From NCBI GenBank assembly GCA_021801645.1, contig JAJYXT010000100.1:4364-68363 (forward strand): DNA of 64,000 bases. The letters are read 5' to 3'. Position 1 is the stretch's first letter, and every line of letters starts with the position of its first letter. This stretch comes from a bacterium (GTDB lineage Bacteria > Chloroflexota > Dormibacteria > Aeolococcales > Bog-877). The notes under the pieces are model-generated. The model was not told where the DNA came from. It did no database searches and worked only from the letters and a program-made list of their open reading frames with translations. The position numbers and the translations under genes were made by a program. Of the stretch, positions 8,504 to 18,042 are shown in pieces.

Positions 8504-10420
8504 TCAGTCTGCCGAGACGCCGGTCACCGGCCGGGCCTCTGGTAGAGGACCGGCGGAGGACTCCCCGTGAGGCACCGGACAGACGGCCGGGGCTACCTTG
8601 GCGCCGTGGTCCACCGGGCACGACCCGCCGGGTGTGGTCCCCTCCTCGCGGGGTCGGAGACGGGCCACCGTGGGAGAGGCCTCCCGAGGGATGTAGCGGC
8701 CACCGGGCCCACCGGCGGCGTACTGCAGGAGCGCCTGGTCCACCGGGCCAGCGTCGCCGGCCGCCTCCTCGAACCCCGGCAGGTCCCCCATCCCGGCGGT
8801 GGAGCCTTCCAGCGGGGTGCGGTGGGGCTGAGCGTTTGCGGCCCGGCCCAGCTCGGGGGCGATCAGAGGCTCGGCCACCTCCAGGGTGACCACGGCCAGC
8901 CGCCTGGTCCGGGCCACCTTCTCGATCTTGGCCTTGATCCTCCGGCGCAGGTACCCGGCCGGCATCTCATGGAGCAGTGTCCGCGCCTCCATGGACCAGC
9001 CGATCTTGCGGTTGTCGAAGGTGAGCTCCTCGGTGACCTCTCCCTCGGCCAGCGCCGCCTGGGCGATCCCCTCCCGGTCCACCCGGGCGAAGAGCTCGCT
9101 GGAGCCGCCACAGACCGGGCACTCCACGGGGAGCACCCCCCTCGCGGTGTAGCCGCAATCCCGGCAGACATGGACCTCGGCGTCGTCGGTAGGACGGGGG
9201 CTGACCTCGATCCCGATGGCCGCCGAGGCCTCGGGGGGGAGGATGTCACCCAGCGCGGCCACCACCAAGTTCTGGGAGATTATGGAGTGGCCCCGCTCCA
9301 TCGCCCAGCGCAGCACCGCCGTCCGGGAGAGCCCCTGGGCGGAGCAGGGGATCCGCTCCAGCACCTCGTTGGCCTCGGGGGTCCACACCACCTGGGCCTC
9401 GCCCCGGACGTCGATGGGGGGGACGTAGGTGCGGGAGGAGAGGAGGACGCTGCAGGGAGCCAGCCGGAGAAGGTTCTCGCTGTTCCCCCCGATGTCCATC
9501 CCCTGGTCGGAGTGCACCCCGATCCGCCCCACCACCAGGAGGCTGGCATCGCGCTCCCGCACGTAGCGGAGCACCTGCTCAAAGGCCTTCCCGTCCAAGA
9601 GGGTGATGGGCAGGTCGTAACCCTCGGCCCGAGCCACCTCCTTGGCTACCTTGAGGTGGGAGGAGTAGATCATCGCCAGCCCGGTGTCGATGATCTCCTC
9701 GTGGAGCGCCTCCTGCTCCTTGAAGCGGAAGACCTTGCTGGCCTCCTCGGAGAGGACCCCCACGATCCCGTTGAAGAGCACGTAGTGGAGATAGGGGTCG
9801 TACACCGAGACGGCCTCCACCGGGAGATCGAGTAGGCGCCCCATCTCCAGCGCCGAGCGCAGCCCGGCAAAGGACTGGGGGGAGCCGTCCACGGCAACCA
9901 CGATCGGCCCGGACAGCGGGTCCCGGCCTTCGCGGTGGCGGACCACCAGGGTGTCCCGGTGAGCGCGTCGGACCACCCGGTCGACGCAGGTGCCGATCTG
10001 CGTCTCCTTCACCTGCCCCAGGCCGCAGGCCCCCATGACCACCAGGTCGTACTGGTTCTCCTCGATGTCCTGGACCAGGACCTCCCAGTTCTTGCCGTCG
10101 AAGGTCTTGGGGGTGAAGGGGATCCCCTCCTCCAGGCAGCGCCGCTGGGCGGCCTGGAGGTAGGAGTCGGAGATGAGGTTGAGCCCGGTGGTGATCAGGC
10201 TGTCGTGGATCTTGCGCTGGCGCTGGAGCTCGACCTCATCCTGGTACTCCGCGGGCAGTGTGTACTCCATCTGCTTGAAGCGGTAATCGTGGAGCCGGGC
10301 GGCGTACACGTGGCTCCCCACCACCTCCGCGGAGCTGGCCCGAGCCAGCCGGATGGCCACCTCGCAGGCGGCGTTGGAGTGGTCGGAGTTGTCCAGCGGA
10401 AGATAGATCTGACGGTACAT
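8504..10420 (-). CDS. tandem universal-stress-protein domains fused to two PCP_red-like domains and a zinc ribbon
   Basis: Start placed at ATG 10420 (MYRQIYLPLDNSDHS); the track ORF runs to 10678. There are two USP modules (...LVVMGACGLG..., ...LLVVGRIGVHS...), then EANEVLERIP..., a ribbon CRDCG..CPVCG, then WSMEARTLLHEMPAGYLRRRIKAKIEKVAR. Confidence 0.8.
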   Translation of the reverse strand: MYRQIYLPLDNSDHSNAACEVAIRLARASSAEVVGSHVYAARLHDYRFKQMEYTLPAEYQDEVELQRQRKIHDSLITTGLNLISDSYLQAAQRRCLEEGIPFTPKTFDGKNWEVLVQDIEENQYDLVVMGACGLGQVKETQIGTCVDRVVRRAHRDTLVVRHREGRDPLSGPIVVAVDGSPQSFAGLRSALEMGRLLDLPVEAVSVYDPYLHYVLFNGIVGVLSEEASKVFRFKEQEALHEEIIDTGLAMIYSSHLKVAKEVARAEGYDLPITLLDGKAFEQVLRYVRERDASLLVVGRIGVHSDQGMDIGGNSENLLRLAPCSVLLSSRTYVPPIDVRGEAQVVWTPEANEVLERIPCSAQGLSRTAVLRWAMERGHSIISQNLVVAALGDILPPEASAAIGIEVSPRPTDDAEVHVCRDCGYTARGVLPVECPVCGGSSELFARVDREGIAQAALAEGEVTEELTFDNRKIGWSMEARTLLHEMPAGYLRRRIKAKIEKVARTRRLAVVTLEVAEPLIAPELGRAANAQPHRTPLEGSTAGMGDLPGFEEAAGDAGPVDQALLQYAAGGPGGRYIPREASPTVARLRPREEGTTPGGSCPVDHGAKVAPAVCPVPHGESSAGPLPEARPVTGVSAD

Positions 10421-10493
10421 CCCTGGTCCCGGTGGAGCTGGCGCTGCCGGGTGATCGTAGCAAGCCGGGCTCCCCCAGGACGGCGGCCCTCTC

Positions 10494-11933
10494 TCAGCCG
10501 GACTGCCGCCGGACCCAGGCCCGCCCGCGGCGCAGCTGCTCCGCCGCCCGCCGAAGGGCGTCCAACTGGGCCTCCGGGCCCGGCGCCCCGGGCTGCTCCC
10601 GGGCGGCGAGGGAACGCCTGGGATCCAGCAGCCCCGAGGGGTCATCGGCAAACCCCATCTCCCGCCAGCTCTCGCCAAGCACGAGGTCGAGCCCCCTCCC
10701 CTCGGCCTCCGCCCGGCTCACCAGCCTGCCCACCAGCTCGTGGGCCCGGCGGAAGGGGACCCCTTCCTGCACCAGTCGATCGGCCAGGTCGGTGGCCAGC
10801 AGCCGCGGATCGGAGGCCGCCTCGGCCATCCTCTCCCGGTTGAAGGACACCTCCCCCAGCAGACCGGCCAGCGCCTCCAGGCTGGCCTCCACCGAGGCCA
10901 CCGCGGGAAAGAGGTGGGCCTTGTCCTCCTGGAGGTCCCGGTTGTAGCTGAGTGGGAGCCCCTTCAGGACCAGCAGTAGGCCCAGGAGCGCGGCCACCGG
11001 CCTCCCCGTCCTCCCCCGCACCAACTCCAGGAGGTCCGGGTTCTTCTTCTGGGGCATGAGGCTGGAGCCGGTCGACCAGCGGTCGGGAAGGTCCAGAAAG
11101 CCGAACTCGGCGGTGCTCCAGAGGATCAGGTCCTCCGCCATTCGCGAGAGGTGGATGGCGACGAGGGCGCTGGCGAAGAGGAGCTCGAGGGCGAAGTCAC
11201 GGTCCGAGACCGAGTCCAGGCTGTTGGCCGTCGGCGCCCGGAGTCCCAGCTCGAGGGCGGCCGGGTGGCGGTCCAGGGGCAGGGTGGAGCCGGCCAGGGC
11301 TCCCGCCCCCAGGGGGGAGAGCCCGGCCCGCCGGTGAAGCTCCTGAAGGCGCTCCCGGTCCCGCTCCAGCATCTCGAAGTACGCCAGCAGGTGATGCGCC
11401 AGGGTCACCGGCTGAGCCCGCTGCAGGTGGGTGTATCCCGGAATCAGGGTCGCCCGCTCCCGCCGGGCACGGCGGAGCAGGACAGCCTCCAACTCGAGCA
11501 CCCCCTGGGACACACGGACGGCCGCGGCCCTGGTCCAGAGCCGAAGGTCCAGGGCCACCTGGTCGTTGCGGCTCCGCCCGGTGTGCAGCCGAAGGGCGGG
11601 CTCACCGATCAGCTCGGCCAGCCGGCGCTCCACCGCCATGTGGATGTCCTCGTCCTCGGGCCGGGGCCGGAAGTTCCCTGAGCGCACCTCCTGGGCGATC
11701 TGCTCCAGCCCGGACAGCAGCTGCTCTTGCTCTTGGGGCTGGATGAGCCCCGCGCGGGCGAGCCGGCCGGCGTGGGCCGCCGAGCCCCGGATGTCGAACT
11801 CGGCGAGGCCGAGGTCCTCCTGGACGGAGGTGGAGTACCGCTCCAGCACGGGGTCGGTCGGGCCCTGGAGCCGCCCGCTCCAGGCCTTGGGATGAGCGGG
11901 CCCACCCGGCGTCCGGTCAGCTCCCGGAGGCAC
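10494..11933 (-). CDS. argH: argininosuccinate lyase
   Basis: WSGRLQGPTDPVLERYSTSV...SRNDQVALDLRLW...GYTHLQRAQPVT...GSSLMPQKKNPD. Start set at in-frame GTG 11933; the track ORF extends to 12272 inside argG, so the exact start is uncertain. Confidence 0.9.
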   Translation of the reverse strand: MPPGADRTPGGPAHPKAWSGRLQGPTDPVLERYSTSVQEDLGLAEFDIRGSAAHAGRLARAGLIQPQEQEQLLSGLEQIAQEVRSGNFRPRPEDEDIHMAVERRLAELIGEPALRLHTGRSRNDQVALDLRLWTRAAAVRVSQGVLELEAVLLRRARRERATLIPGYTHLQRAQPVTLAHHLLAYFEMLERDRERLQELHRRAGLSPLGAGALAGSTLPLDRHPAALELGLRAPTANSLDSVSDRDFALELLFASALVAIHLSRMAEDLILWSTAEFGFLDLPDRWSTGSSLMPQKKNPDLLELVRGRTGRPVAALLGLLLVLKGLPLSYNRDLQEDKAHLFPAVASVEASLEALAGLLGEVSFNRERMAEAASDPRLLATDLADRLVQEGVPFRRAHELVGRLVSRAEAEGRGLDLVLGESWREMGFADDPSGLLDPRRSLAAREQPGAPGPEAQLDALRRAAEQLRRGRAWVRRQSG

Positions 11934-13212
11934 CGGGCTCCTCGGTACCGGGAGCGGCGGCGATCCCCCGGGGCGCCGACTGCAGCAGCGGGCGAGAGTC
12001 CTCCCAGAGACGCCCCTGCACCTGAGCCTGGGTCCTGAGGGGCAGGCCGAAGATCGAGAGGAAGCCAGTGGCCGCCTGGTGCTGGAACCGGTCGTCCTGG
12101 CGCTCATAGGTGGCCAGCTCGCGCCGGTAGAGCGAGCTGGGACTGCTCCGACCCAACAGCACGAGCGCCCCCTGGCGGAGGCGCAGCCGCACCTCGCCGG
12201 TGACCAGCGGCTGGGTGCTGGCCACGAAGGCCCCCAGGCTCTGCCGCAGGTGGGAGAACCAGAGGCCGTCATAGGTCAGCTGGGCCCACTCGTCCGCCAC
12301 CAGCCGCTTGAAGCGCAGCACATCCCGAGGCAGGGTGAGGGCCTCCAGCTGCCGGTGGGCCGTGTCCAGCACAACCGCGGCCGGCGCCTCGTAGATCTCC
12401 CTCGATTTGATACCCACCAGCCGGTCCTCGACGTGGTCGATCCGGCCCACCCCGTGGGCTCCCGCCAAGCGGTTGAGCGACTCCACCAGCTCCACCCCGG
12501 ACAGCTCCTCCCCATTCAGCCGGGTGGGGATGCCCGCCTCGAAGTGGATCTCGACCTCGACCCCCTCGGGAGGAGCCGATTCCGGGGCCGTGGTCCACTC
12601 GTATGCGGACTCTGGCGGGGACACCCAGGGGTCCTCCAGGATCCCGGTCTCGACACTGCGACCCCAGAGGTTGGCGTCGATGCTGTAGGGGCTCTCCACG
12701 GTCGCCCGAACCTCCAGCCCGTGGGTGGCGGCGTAGGCGATCTCCTCGCTCCGTCCCATGCTCCACTCGCGCAGGGGGGCGACCACCTGGAGGGCCGGGG
12801 CCAGAGCCCCCACAGCCACGTCGAAGCGGACCTGGTCGTTGCCCTTCGCGGTGCAGCCGTGGGCGACAGCGCTGGCCCCAACCTCCCGAGCCACCTCAAC
12901 CAGGAGCCGGGCGATAAGCGGGCGCCCCAGGGCGGTGGCCAGCGGGTACACGCCCTGGTACACCGCCCCAGCCTGCAGGGTGGGCCAGATGAAGTTGGAA
13001 ATGAGGAGCTCCTTGGCGTCCACCACGTGCGCCGCCACGGCCCCGGCGGCCAGGGCCCGGCGCTGAAGCGCCTCGGTGTCCTCGGTCTCCCCCAGGTCCG
13101 CGGAGAGGGTCACTACCTCAAAGCCCCTCTCGTGGGTCAGCCAGTGGACGGCCACGGTGGTGTCCAGCCCACCGGAGAACGCAAGAACGCAGCGGGGCCG
13201 TTCGGTGGTCAC
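11917..13212 (-). CDS. argG: argininosuccinate synthase
   Basis: CVLAFSGGLDTTVAVHWL...AHGCTAKGNDQVRFD. GTG start 13212 is preceded by GGAGGA. Confidence 0.95.
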   Translation of the reverse strand: MTTERPRCVLAFSGGLDTTVAVHWLTHERGFEVVTLSADLGETEDTEALQRRALAAGAVAAHVVDAKELLISNFIWPTLQAGAVYQGVYPLATALGRPLIARLLVEVAREVGASAVAHGCTAKGNDQVRFDVAVGALAPALQVVAPLREWSMGRSEEIAYAATHGLEVRATVESPYSIDANLWGRSVETGILEDPWVSPPESAYEWTTAPESAPPEGVEVEIHFEAGIPTRLNGEELSGVELVESLNRLAGAHGVGRIDHVEDRLVGIKSREIYEAPAAVVLDTAHRQLEALTLPRDVLRFKRLVADEWAQLTYDGLWFSHLRQSLGAFVASTQPLVTGEVRLRLRQGALVLLGRSSPSSLYRRELATYERQDDRFQHQAATGFLSIFGLPLRTQAQVQGRLWEDSRPLLQSAPRGIAAAPGTEEPGASGS

Positions 13213-13216
13213 AGTC

Positions 13217-13714
13217 TCATCCTCCTCTGGCTGGCAGCACCGGCGACGGGACGGCGTTCTCCTGGCAAGCGTGGCGCAGCCGCTCCACCACGGTCTTGGC
13301 CTCGCGGGCCGACCGCGCCTGGACGAAGATGGTGTCGTCGCCGGCCACCGTGCCCGCCACCTGGGGCAGCCGGAGGGAGTCGACCGCTAGCGCCACCACC
13401 TGGGCGGCTCCGCTGGGGGTGTGCAGGATGACCATGGAGCCGACGACGTCGATCTCCAGGAGCTGGAGGGCCAGGAGCTGCAGAAGTCGGCCCTGAGGCT
13501 CGGGGTCGGCGGGGGGGATGTATCGCCGCTCGGACCCTGCCACGGCCCTGAGGACCCCGAGCTGGCGCAGGTCCCGACTGATGGTGGTCTGGTCAGCGGC
13601 GATCCGCCGGCGGTGAAGCTCGTCGGCGAGCTCCTCCTGAGTGCGGACCGGCCGGGTGCGCAGCAGCTCCAGAATGGCCGCCTGGCGCTCGCGCCGGGCT
13701 TCAGCGGAAGTCAA
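13217..13714 (-). CDS. argR: arginine repressor
   Basis: N-terminal winged HTH (RQAAILELLRTRPVRTQEELADELHRRRIAADQTTISRDLRQLG) and a C-terminal oligomerisation domain (GTVAGDDTIFV). It lies inside the arg cluster. Confidence 0.9.
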   Translation of the reverse strand: MTSAEARRERQAAILELLRTRPVRTQEELADELHRRRIAADQTTISRDLRQLGVLRAVAGSERRYIPPADPEPQGRLLQLLALQLLEIDVVGSMVILHTPSGAAQVVALAVDSLRLPQVAGTVAGDDTIFVQARSAREAKTVVERLRHACQENAVPSPVLPARGG

Positions 13715-14913
13715 CCGCAGTCCCCGGCGCGCTCAAGTGCCTTGGCGAGCCGCGCCACCGCCAGCTCCACCTCATCGTCCGAGATCACAAGGGGCGGAGC
13801 GAGGCGGATGGTCCGGTCGCCGATGGCATTCACCAGCACCCCCTCGGACAGCGCCTCCTGAGCCACCAGAGCGGCGATTGGGCGGTCCAGACCCACCCCG
13901 AGGAGCAGCCCCCGGCCGCGCACATCGGAGACAGGCAGACCCCTCTGGGCCAGACCCAGGATCCCCTCCCGGAGCTGATCCCCAGCGGTCGCCGCCCGCT
14001 CCCAGAGCCGGTCGCGGCCGATCACCTCGAAGACCGCGCGCCCGGCGGCGCAGGCGACCGGGTTGCCCCCGAAGGTGCTCCCGTGGTCGCCGGGTTCCAG
14101 GACGTCGGCCCGACCTGACACCAGCACGGCCCCCAGGGGCAGCCCCCCGCCCAGCCCTTTGGCGGCCGTCATGACGTCCGGCACCGCGCCCGCCGGCTGG
14201 TGGGCCCACCAGCTGCCGGTGCGGGCCATCCCGGACTGGACCTCATCGAGGATGAGGAGCGCCTCGTACCGGTTGCAGAGCTCGCGCAGCTCCCTGAGGT
14301 ACGGGTCACCCAGCGGATGCACCCCGCTCTCGCCCTGGACGGGCTCGGCCATCACCGCCACCGCCGGCCGGAGTTCGTCAGAGAGGGCCGCCTCCACGGC
14401 GGCCAGGTCACCGCGCGGCACCTGGAGGAAGCCCGGGGGAAGCGGCTCGAAGGGTTCGGAGTAGTGGGGGTTGCCGGTGGCCGCCAGGGTTCCCAGGGTG
14501 CGGCCATGGAAGGCACCCTCCAGGGTGACTATGGTGTAGGCCCCCCCGCGGTGCAGCTGGCCCCACTTCCTAGCGATCTTGATGGCCGCCTCGTTGGCCT
14601 CGGCACCGCTGTTGCAGAGGAAGACCCGACCCGGAAAGGCGGTCTCCACCAGCCGTGCGGCCAGCTCCAGGGGCTCGGCGGTGTGGTAGAGGTTGCTGGT
14701 GTGCATGAGCCGGTGGAGCTGCGAGCTGGCCGCCTCCACCACCTCGGGGTGGCAGTGTCCCAGGACGTTGACCGCGATCCCGCCCACCAGGTCCAGCAGC
14801 CTTTGGCCGTCCTCTGTCTCCACCCAGCAGCCCTCTCCGGACACCAGGGTGACGGGGAGCCGGCGGTAGGTGTCGCAGAGCAGCGCGCCTTCACGCTCCG
14901 CCAGCGCCGGCAC
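13711..14913 (-). CDS. argD: acetylornithine aminotransferase
   Basis: Class-III aminotransferase motifs (FLCNSGAEANEAAIK, LILDEVQSGMARTG, TFGGNP). It overlaps the argR start by 4 nt. Confidence 0.9.
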   Translation of the reverse strand: MPALAEREGALLCDTYRRLPVTLVSGEGCWVETEDGQRLLDLVGGIAVNVLGHCHPEVVEAASSQLHRLMHTSNLYHTAEPLELAARLVETAFPGRVFLCNSGAEANEAAIKIARKWGQLHRGGAYTIVTLEGAFHGRTLGTLAATGNPHYSEPFEPLPPGFLQVPRGDLAAVEAALSDELRPAVAVMAEPVQGESGVHPLGDPYLRELRELCNRYEALLILDEVQSGMARTGSWWAHQPAGAVPDVMTAAKGLGGGLPLGAVLVSGRADVLEPGDHGSTFGGNPVACAAGRAVFEVIGRDRLWERAATAGDQLREGILGLAQRGLPVSDVRGRGLLLGVGLDRPIAALVAQEALSEGVLVNAIGDRTIRLAPPLVISDDEVELAVARLAKALERAGDCG

Positions 14914-14914
14914 C

Positions 14915-15808
14915 TCAGCCGGCCTCCGGGGGATCGATCATCGTGCCCACCCCGGCCTCGGTGAGCAGCTCGAGCAGGATGGAGTGGGGTTCCCTGCCGT
15001 CGATGATGTGGACCGCCACCCCGGCCCGGGCCGCGCTGCAGGCGGCCTGGAGCTTGGGGATCATCCCAGAGCTCGCCGTCCCATCCGCGAGCAGCTGCTC
15101 CGCGGCTCCCACCGGCAGCCGACTGAGCAGCCGCCCATCGCGGTCCCGGACCCCCTCCACGTCGGTCAGGAGCAGCAGCTTGGCGGCCCCCAGCTCCTCG
15201 GCGAGAGCGGCCGCCACCCAGTCGGCGTTGACGTTGTAGCTGCGCCCGTCGTAGCCCAGCCCGATCGAGGCCACCACCGGGATCATCCCCCGCTCAAGGA
15301 TCCCCAGCAGCGGGTCGGCGTTGACCTCCTGGACCTCTCCCACCAGCCCCAGATCCTCCCCCTGAGGTCCCATCTGGCGCCGCACCAGGATGGTCGGCCC
15401 GTCCTCACCCGAGAGCCCCATGGCCCGGCCCCCCAGCCGGTGGATGGCAGCCACCAGGTCCGGGGTGATCTTGCCGGTTAGGACCATCTTGGCCACCTCC
15501 ATGGTGGGCTCGTCGGTGACCCGGAGGCCGGCCACGAACTGGGTGTCCAGGCCGAGCCTGTCCGACAGCGCGGTGATCTCGCGCCCACCGCCATGCACCA
15601 GGACGGGGCGGAGGCCCACGAAGCGCAGCAGGACGAGGTCCTGGAGGACCGCGTCTCGAGCTGCGGGCTCCTCCATCGCCGCGCCCCCCAGCTTGACCAC
15701 CAGGGTTCGCGCGTGGAAGCGCTGGATGTAGGGCAACGCCTCCACCAGCACCTGGGCACGCAGGCTGTCGGGAATGTCCGGGGTGAGCTCAGGTTGAGTA
15801 GTCGGCAT
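14915..15808 (-). CDS. argB: acetylglutamate kinase
   Basis: TLVVKLGGAAM...VLVHGGG...NVNADWVAAALA are amino-acid kinase family motifs, in arg-cluster context. Confidence 0.9.
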   Translation of the reverse strand: MPTTQPELTPDIPDSLRAQVLVEALPYIQRFHARTLVVKLGGAAMEEPAARDAVLQDLVLLRFVGLRPVLVHGGGREITALSDRLGLDTQFVAGLRVTDEPTMEVAKMVLTGKITPDLVAAIHRLGGRAMGLSGEDGPTILVRRQMGPQGEDLGLVGEVQEVNADPLLGILERGMIPVVASIGLGYDGRSYNVNADWVAAALAEELGAAKLLLLTDVEGVRDRDGRLLSRLPVGAAEQLLADGTASSGMIPKLQAACSAARAGVAVHIIDGREPHSILLELLTEAGVGTMIDPPEAG

Positions 15809-17015
15809 TGATCCTCACGTAGTCGGCGCTGAGGTCGCAGCCCAGGGCGCTCGCCCCGGCCTCCCCCACGCCCAGGTTGACCTCGATCACGACCCGCTCG
15901 GCGAGAAGCCGGGGGGCCACCCGTTCCACCGCTCCCGGCACCACCTGCCCCCGGGTGAACAGCTCCTCGCCCTGCATCGAAAGCCGGCAGCGGTCCAGGG
16001 CCAGCTCCGCGCCTGAGCGCCCCACCGCCGCCAGCACCCGGCCCCAGTTGGGGTCACCGCCGTGGACGGCGGTCTTCACCAGCGGGGAGCTGCTGACGCA
16101 GCGCGCCGCGAGGAGGGCGTCATCCGGACTGGCGGCGCCGGAGACCCGGACCTCGAACACCCTTGTGGCCCCCTCGCCGTCCGCCACCACCTGCTCAGCG
16201 AGCGACCCCAGCACCGCGTCCAGCGCCTCCTCGAACTCCTCCCACCCGGCGGTCCCGGGCGTGAGCGCGGGGGAGCCGGTCGCTCCGCTGGCGAGCAGCA
16301 GGCAGCAGTCGTTGGTGCTAGTGTCGCCGTCCACGCTGATGCGGTTGAAGGTGTGGCCCACCACCCGGGCCAGCAGCTCGCGGAGCGCCGACGCCGGCAC
16401 TGCGGCGTCCGTGGTCAGGAACGCCAGCAGGGTTGCCATGTCGGGATGGATCATCCCCGAGCCCTTGGCCATCCCCCCGAGGTGGTGGGTGACTCCGAAC
16501 GCCGAAAACTCCACCCCCGCCTCCTTGGACCGGGTGTCGGTGGTCATGATGGCCCGGGCCGCGTCCGCCCCCCGTCCCGGCCCAAGGTCGGCGGCGGCAC
16601 GGGCGATTGCGGGCACGATGCGCTCCATGGGCATCGGCCGCCCGATCACGCCGGTGGAGGCGACCAGGACCTCGTGGGGGGCACAGTCCACGCTGTCGCC
16701 GGCGGCCTGGGCCATGCGCAGCGCGTCCCCCAGGCCCCGCGACCCGGTGGCGGCGTTGGCGTTGCCGCTGTTCACCACCACGGCCCGGGCCGTCCCGCGG
16801 CGCAGGTGCAGCTGGCTCACCACTACCGGGGCGGCCTTGACCCGGTTCCGGGTGAAGACGCCGGCGGCGGTGGCCAACCGGTCGGAGACCAGGAGCGCGA
16901 CGTCAGGGCGGCCCAGGCTCCCGTCCCGGACACCGGCCGCGGCCACCCCGGCGCTGAAGCCAGCGGCCATGGTCACCCCCACTGAGGGACGGGTCACCGG
17001 CTGGCTCACGGCCAT
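15789..17015 (-). CDS. argJ: bifunctional ornithine acetyltransferase / N-acetylglutamate synthase
   Basis: Start set at ATG 17015 (MAVSQPVTRPSVGV); the track ORF extends to 17693. Autoprocessing-region sequence MIHPDMATLLAFLTTDA and a C-terminal INADYST are present. Confidence 0.9.
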   Translation of the reverse strand: MAVSQPVTRPSVGVTMAAGFSAGVAAAGVRDGSLGRPDVALLVSDRLATAAGVFTRNRVKAAPVVVSQLHLRRGTARAVVVNSGNANAATGSRGLGDALRMAQAAGDSVDCAPHEVLVASTGVIGRPMPMERIVPAIARAAADLGPGRGADAARAIMTTDTRSKEAGVEFSAFGVTHHLGGMAKGSGMIHPDMATLLAFLTTDAAVPASALRELLARVVGHTFNRISVDGDTSTNDCCLLLASGATGSPALTPGTAGWEEFEEALDAVLGSLAEQVVADGEGATRVFEVRVSGAASPDDALLAARCVSSSPLVKTAVHGGDPNWGRVLAAVGRSGAELALDRCRLSMQGEELFTRGQVVPGAVERVAPRLLAERVVIEVNLGVGEAGASALGCDLSADYVRINADYST

Positions 17016-18031
17016 TGGGGCCTCCGACCGATCCCGGCTGTTACCTCCAGCCCCAGGCGCCAGTTGAGCGCCTGGACCGCCTGCCAGGCGGCTCCCCGCC
17101 CGAGGTTGTCGAGGACCGCCTCGACCACCAGATGGGATCCCTGAGAGTTGAGGTGGATGAAGGTGTGGTTGGTCCGGCTGGCCAGCTTGGTGGGGACGGG
17201 ATCCTCGACCAGATGGACGAAGGGGCTGGCCCCGTACGCCAGCCGGTACTCCCGGAGCACGCGGTCCAGGGCGACCCCTTCGTCCCAGCGCAGATAGCAG
17301 GTGACGCAGATACCCCGGGTCATGGGCACCAGGTGGGGCACGAAGGTGACTTCGACCACGGTTTGCGAAAGCTCCGAGAGCGCCTGCTGGATCTCGGGCT
17401 GGTGGCGGTGTCCGGGCACGGCATAGGGGAGCACCGCCTCGTCCAGCTCGGCGAAGAGGTATGCCGGCCCGGCTCCCCGGCCGGCGCCGCTGATCCCGGT
17501 CTTGCCATCCACCACCACCGCCGGCTGGACCAGCCCAGAGCGGAGGGCCGGGGCGGCGGCCAGGATGGCGGCGGTGGCGAAGCACCCGGGGAGAGCGACG
17601 ATGCGTCCTGCCCGGGAACCCAACTCCAGCTCCGGGACAGTGAGCTCCGCCTCCCGGAGCAGCTCCGGGGCGGGGTGCTCCCGGCCGTACCACGTCGGGT
17701 ACAGGCCGGGATCCCGGAGGCGGAAGTCGGCCGAGACGTCTATCACCACAGCGCCGCTGTCCACCCAGCTACCCGCCTGGGCGGCGGCCTCGAGTGGGGA
17801 CTGGGCTGAGATGACTACGTCTAGGCGGGTGGGGTCTAGCTCCTCGGTTAGCTCCAGATCGCAGCCGGAACCCGGGCACGCCTCCCGGTGCACCCGGCCG
17901 GCCTGTCTGCGGGAGCTGACCTGGGTGAGTTGCGTGAAGGGGTGCTCCAGGAGCAGGCTGACAACCTCGGCGCCCGCGTATCCCGTAGCTCCTGCCACCC
18001 CAACCCGGGGCGCGCCCGCTGCCTGCTCCAT
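17006..18031 (-). CDS. argC: N-acetyl-gamma-glutamyl-phosphate reductase
   Basis: VGVAGATGYAGAEVVSLL and the active-site region ALPGCFATAAILA. It is the first gene of the arg operon. Confidence 0.9.
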   Translation of the reverse strand: MEQAAGAPRVGVAGATGYAGAEVVSLLLEHPFTQLTQVSSRRQAGRVHREACPGSGCDLELTEELDPTRLDVVISAQSPLEAAAQAGSWVDSGAVVIDVSADFRLRDPGLYPTWYGREHPAPELLREAELTVPELELGSRAGRIVALPGCFATAAILAAAPALRSGLVQPAVVVDGKTGISGAGRGAGPAYLFAELDEAVLPYAVPGHRHQPEIQQALSELSQTVVEVTFVPHLVPMTRGICVTCYLRWDEGVALDRVLREYRLAYGASPFVHLVEDPVPTKLASRTNHTFIHLNSQGSHLVVEAVLDNLGRGAAWQAVQALNWRLGLEVTAGIGRRPQWP

Positions 18032-18042
18032 TTCGGCAGTAT

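Noticed and set aside
8567-9835. 422-aa plus-strand ORF; similar cases at 15877..17067, 20445..21659, 22811..23953, 43741..44802, 50179..51591 and 61953..62909
   Set aside because: All are antisense to genes with strong family signatures (USP fusion, argJ, MMPL, EamA, Pat, aminopeptidase, serS). I treat them as shadow ORFs.
10421-10678. N-terminal extensions implied by the track for the USP fusion (to 10678), argH (to 12272), argJ (to 17693), glcF (from 5925), the TPR protein (to 30862) and others
   Set aside because: The extensions overlap upstream genes and are Pro/Arg/Gly-rich. Internal starts coincide with SD sequences or 4-nt stop/start overlaps and with where family similarity begins.
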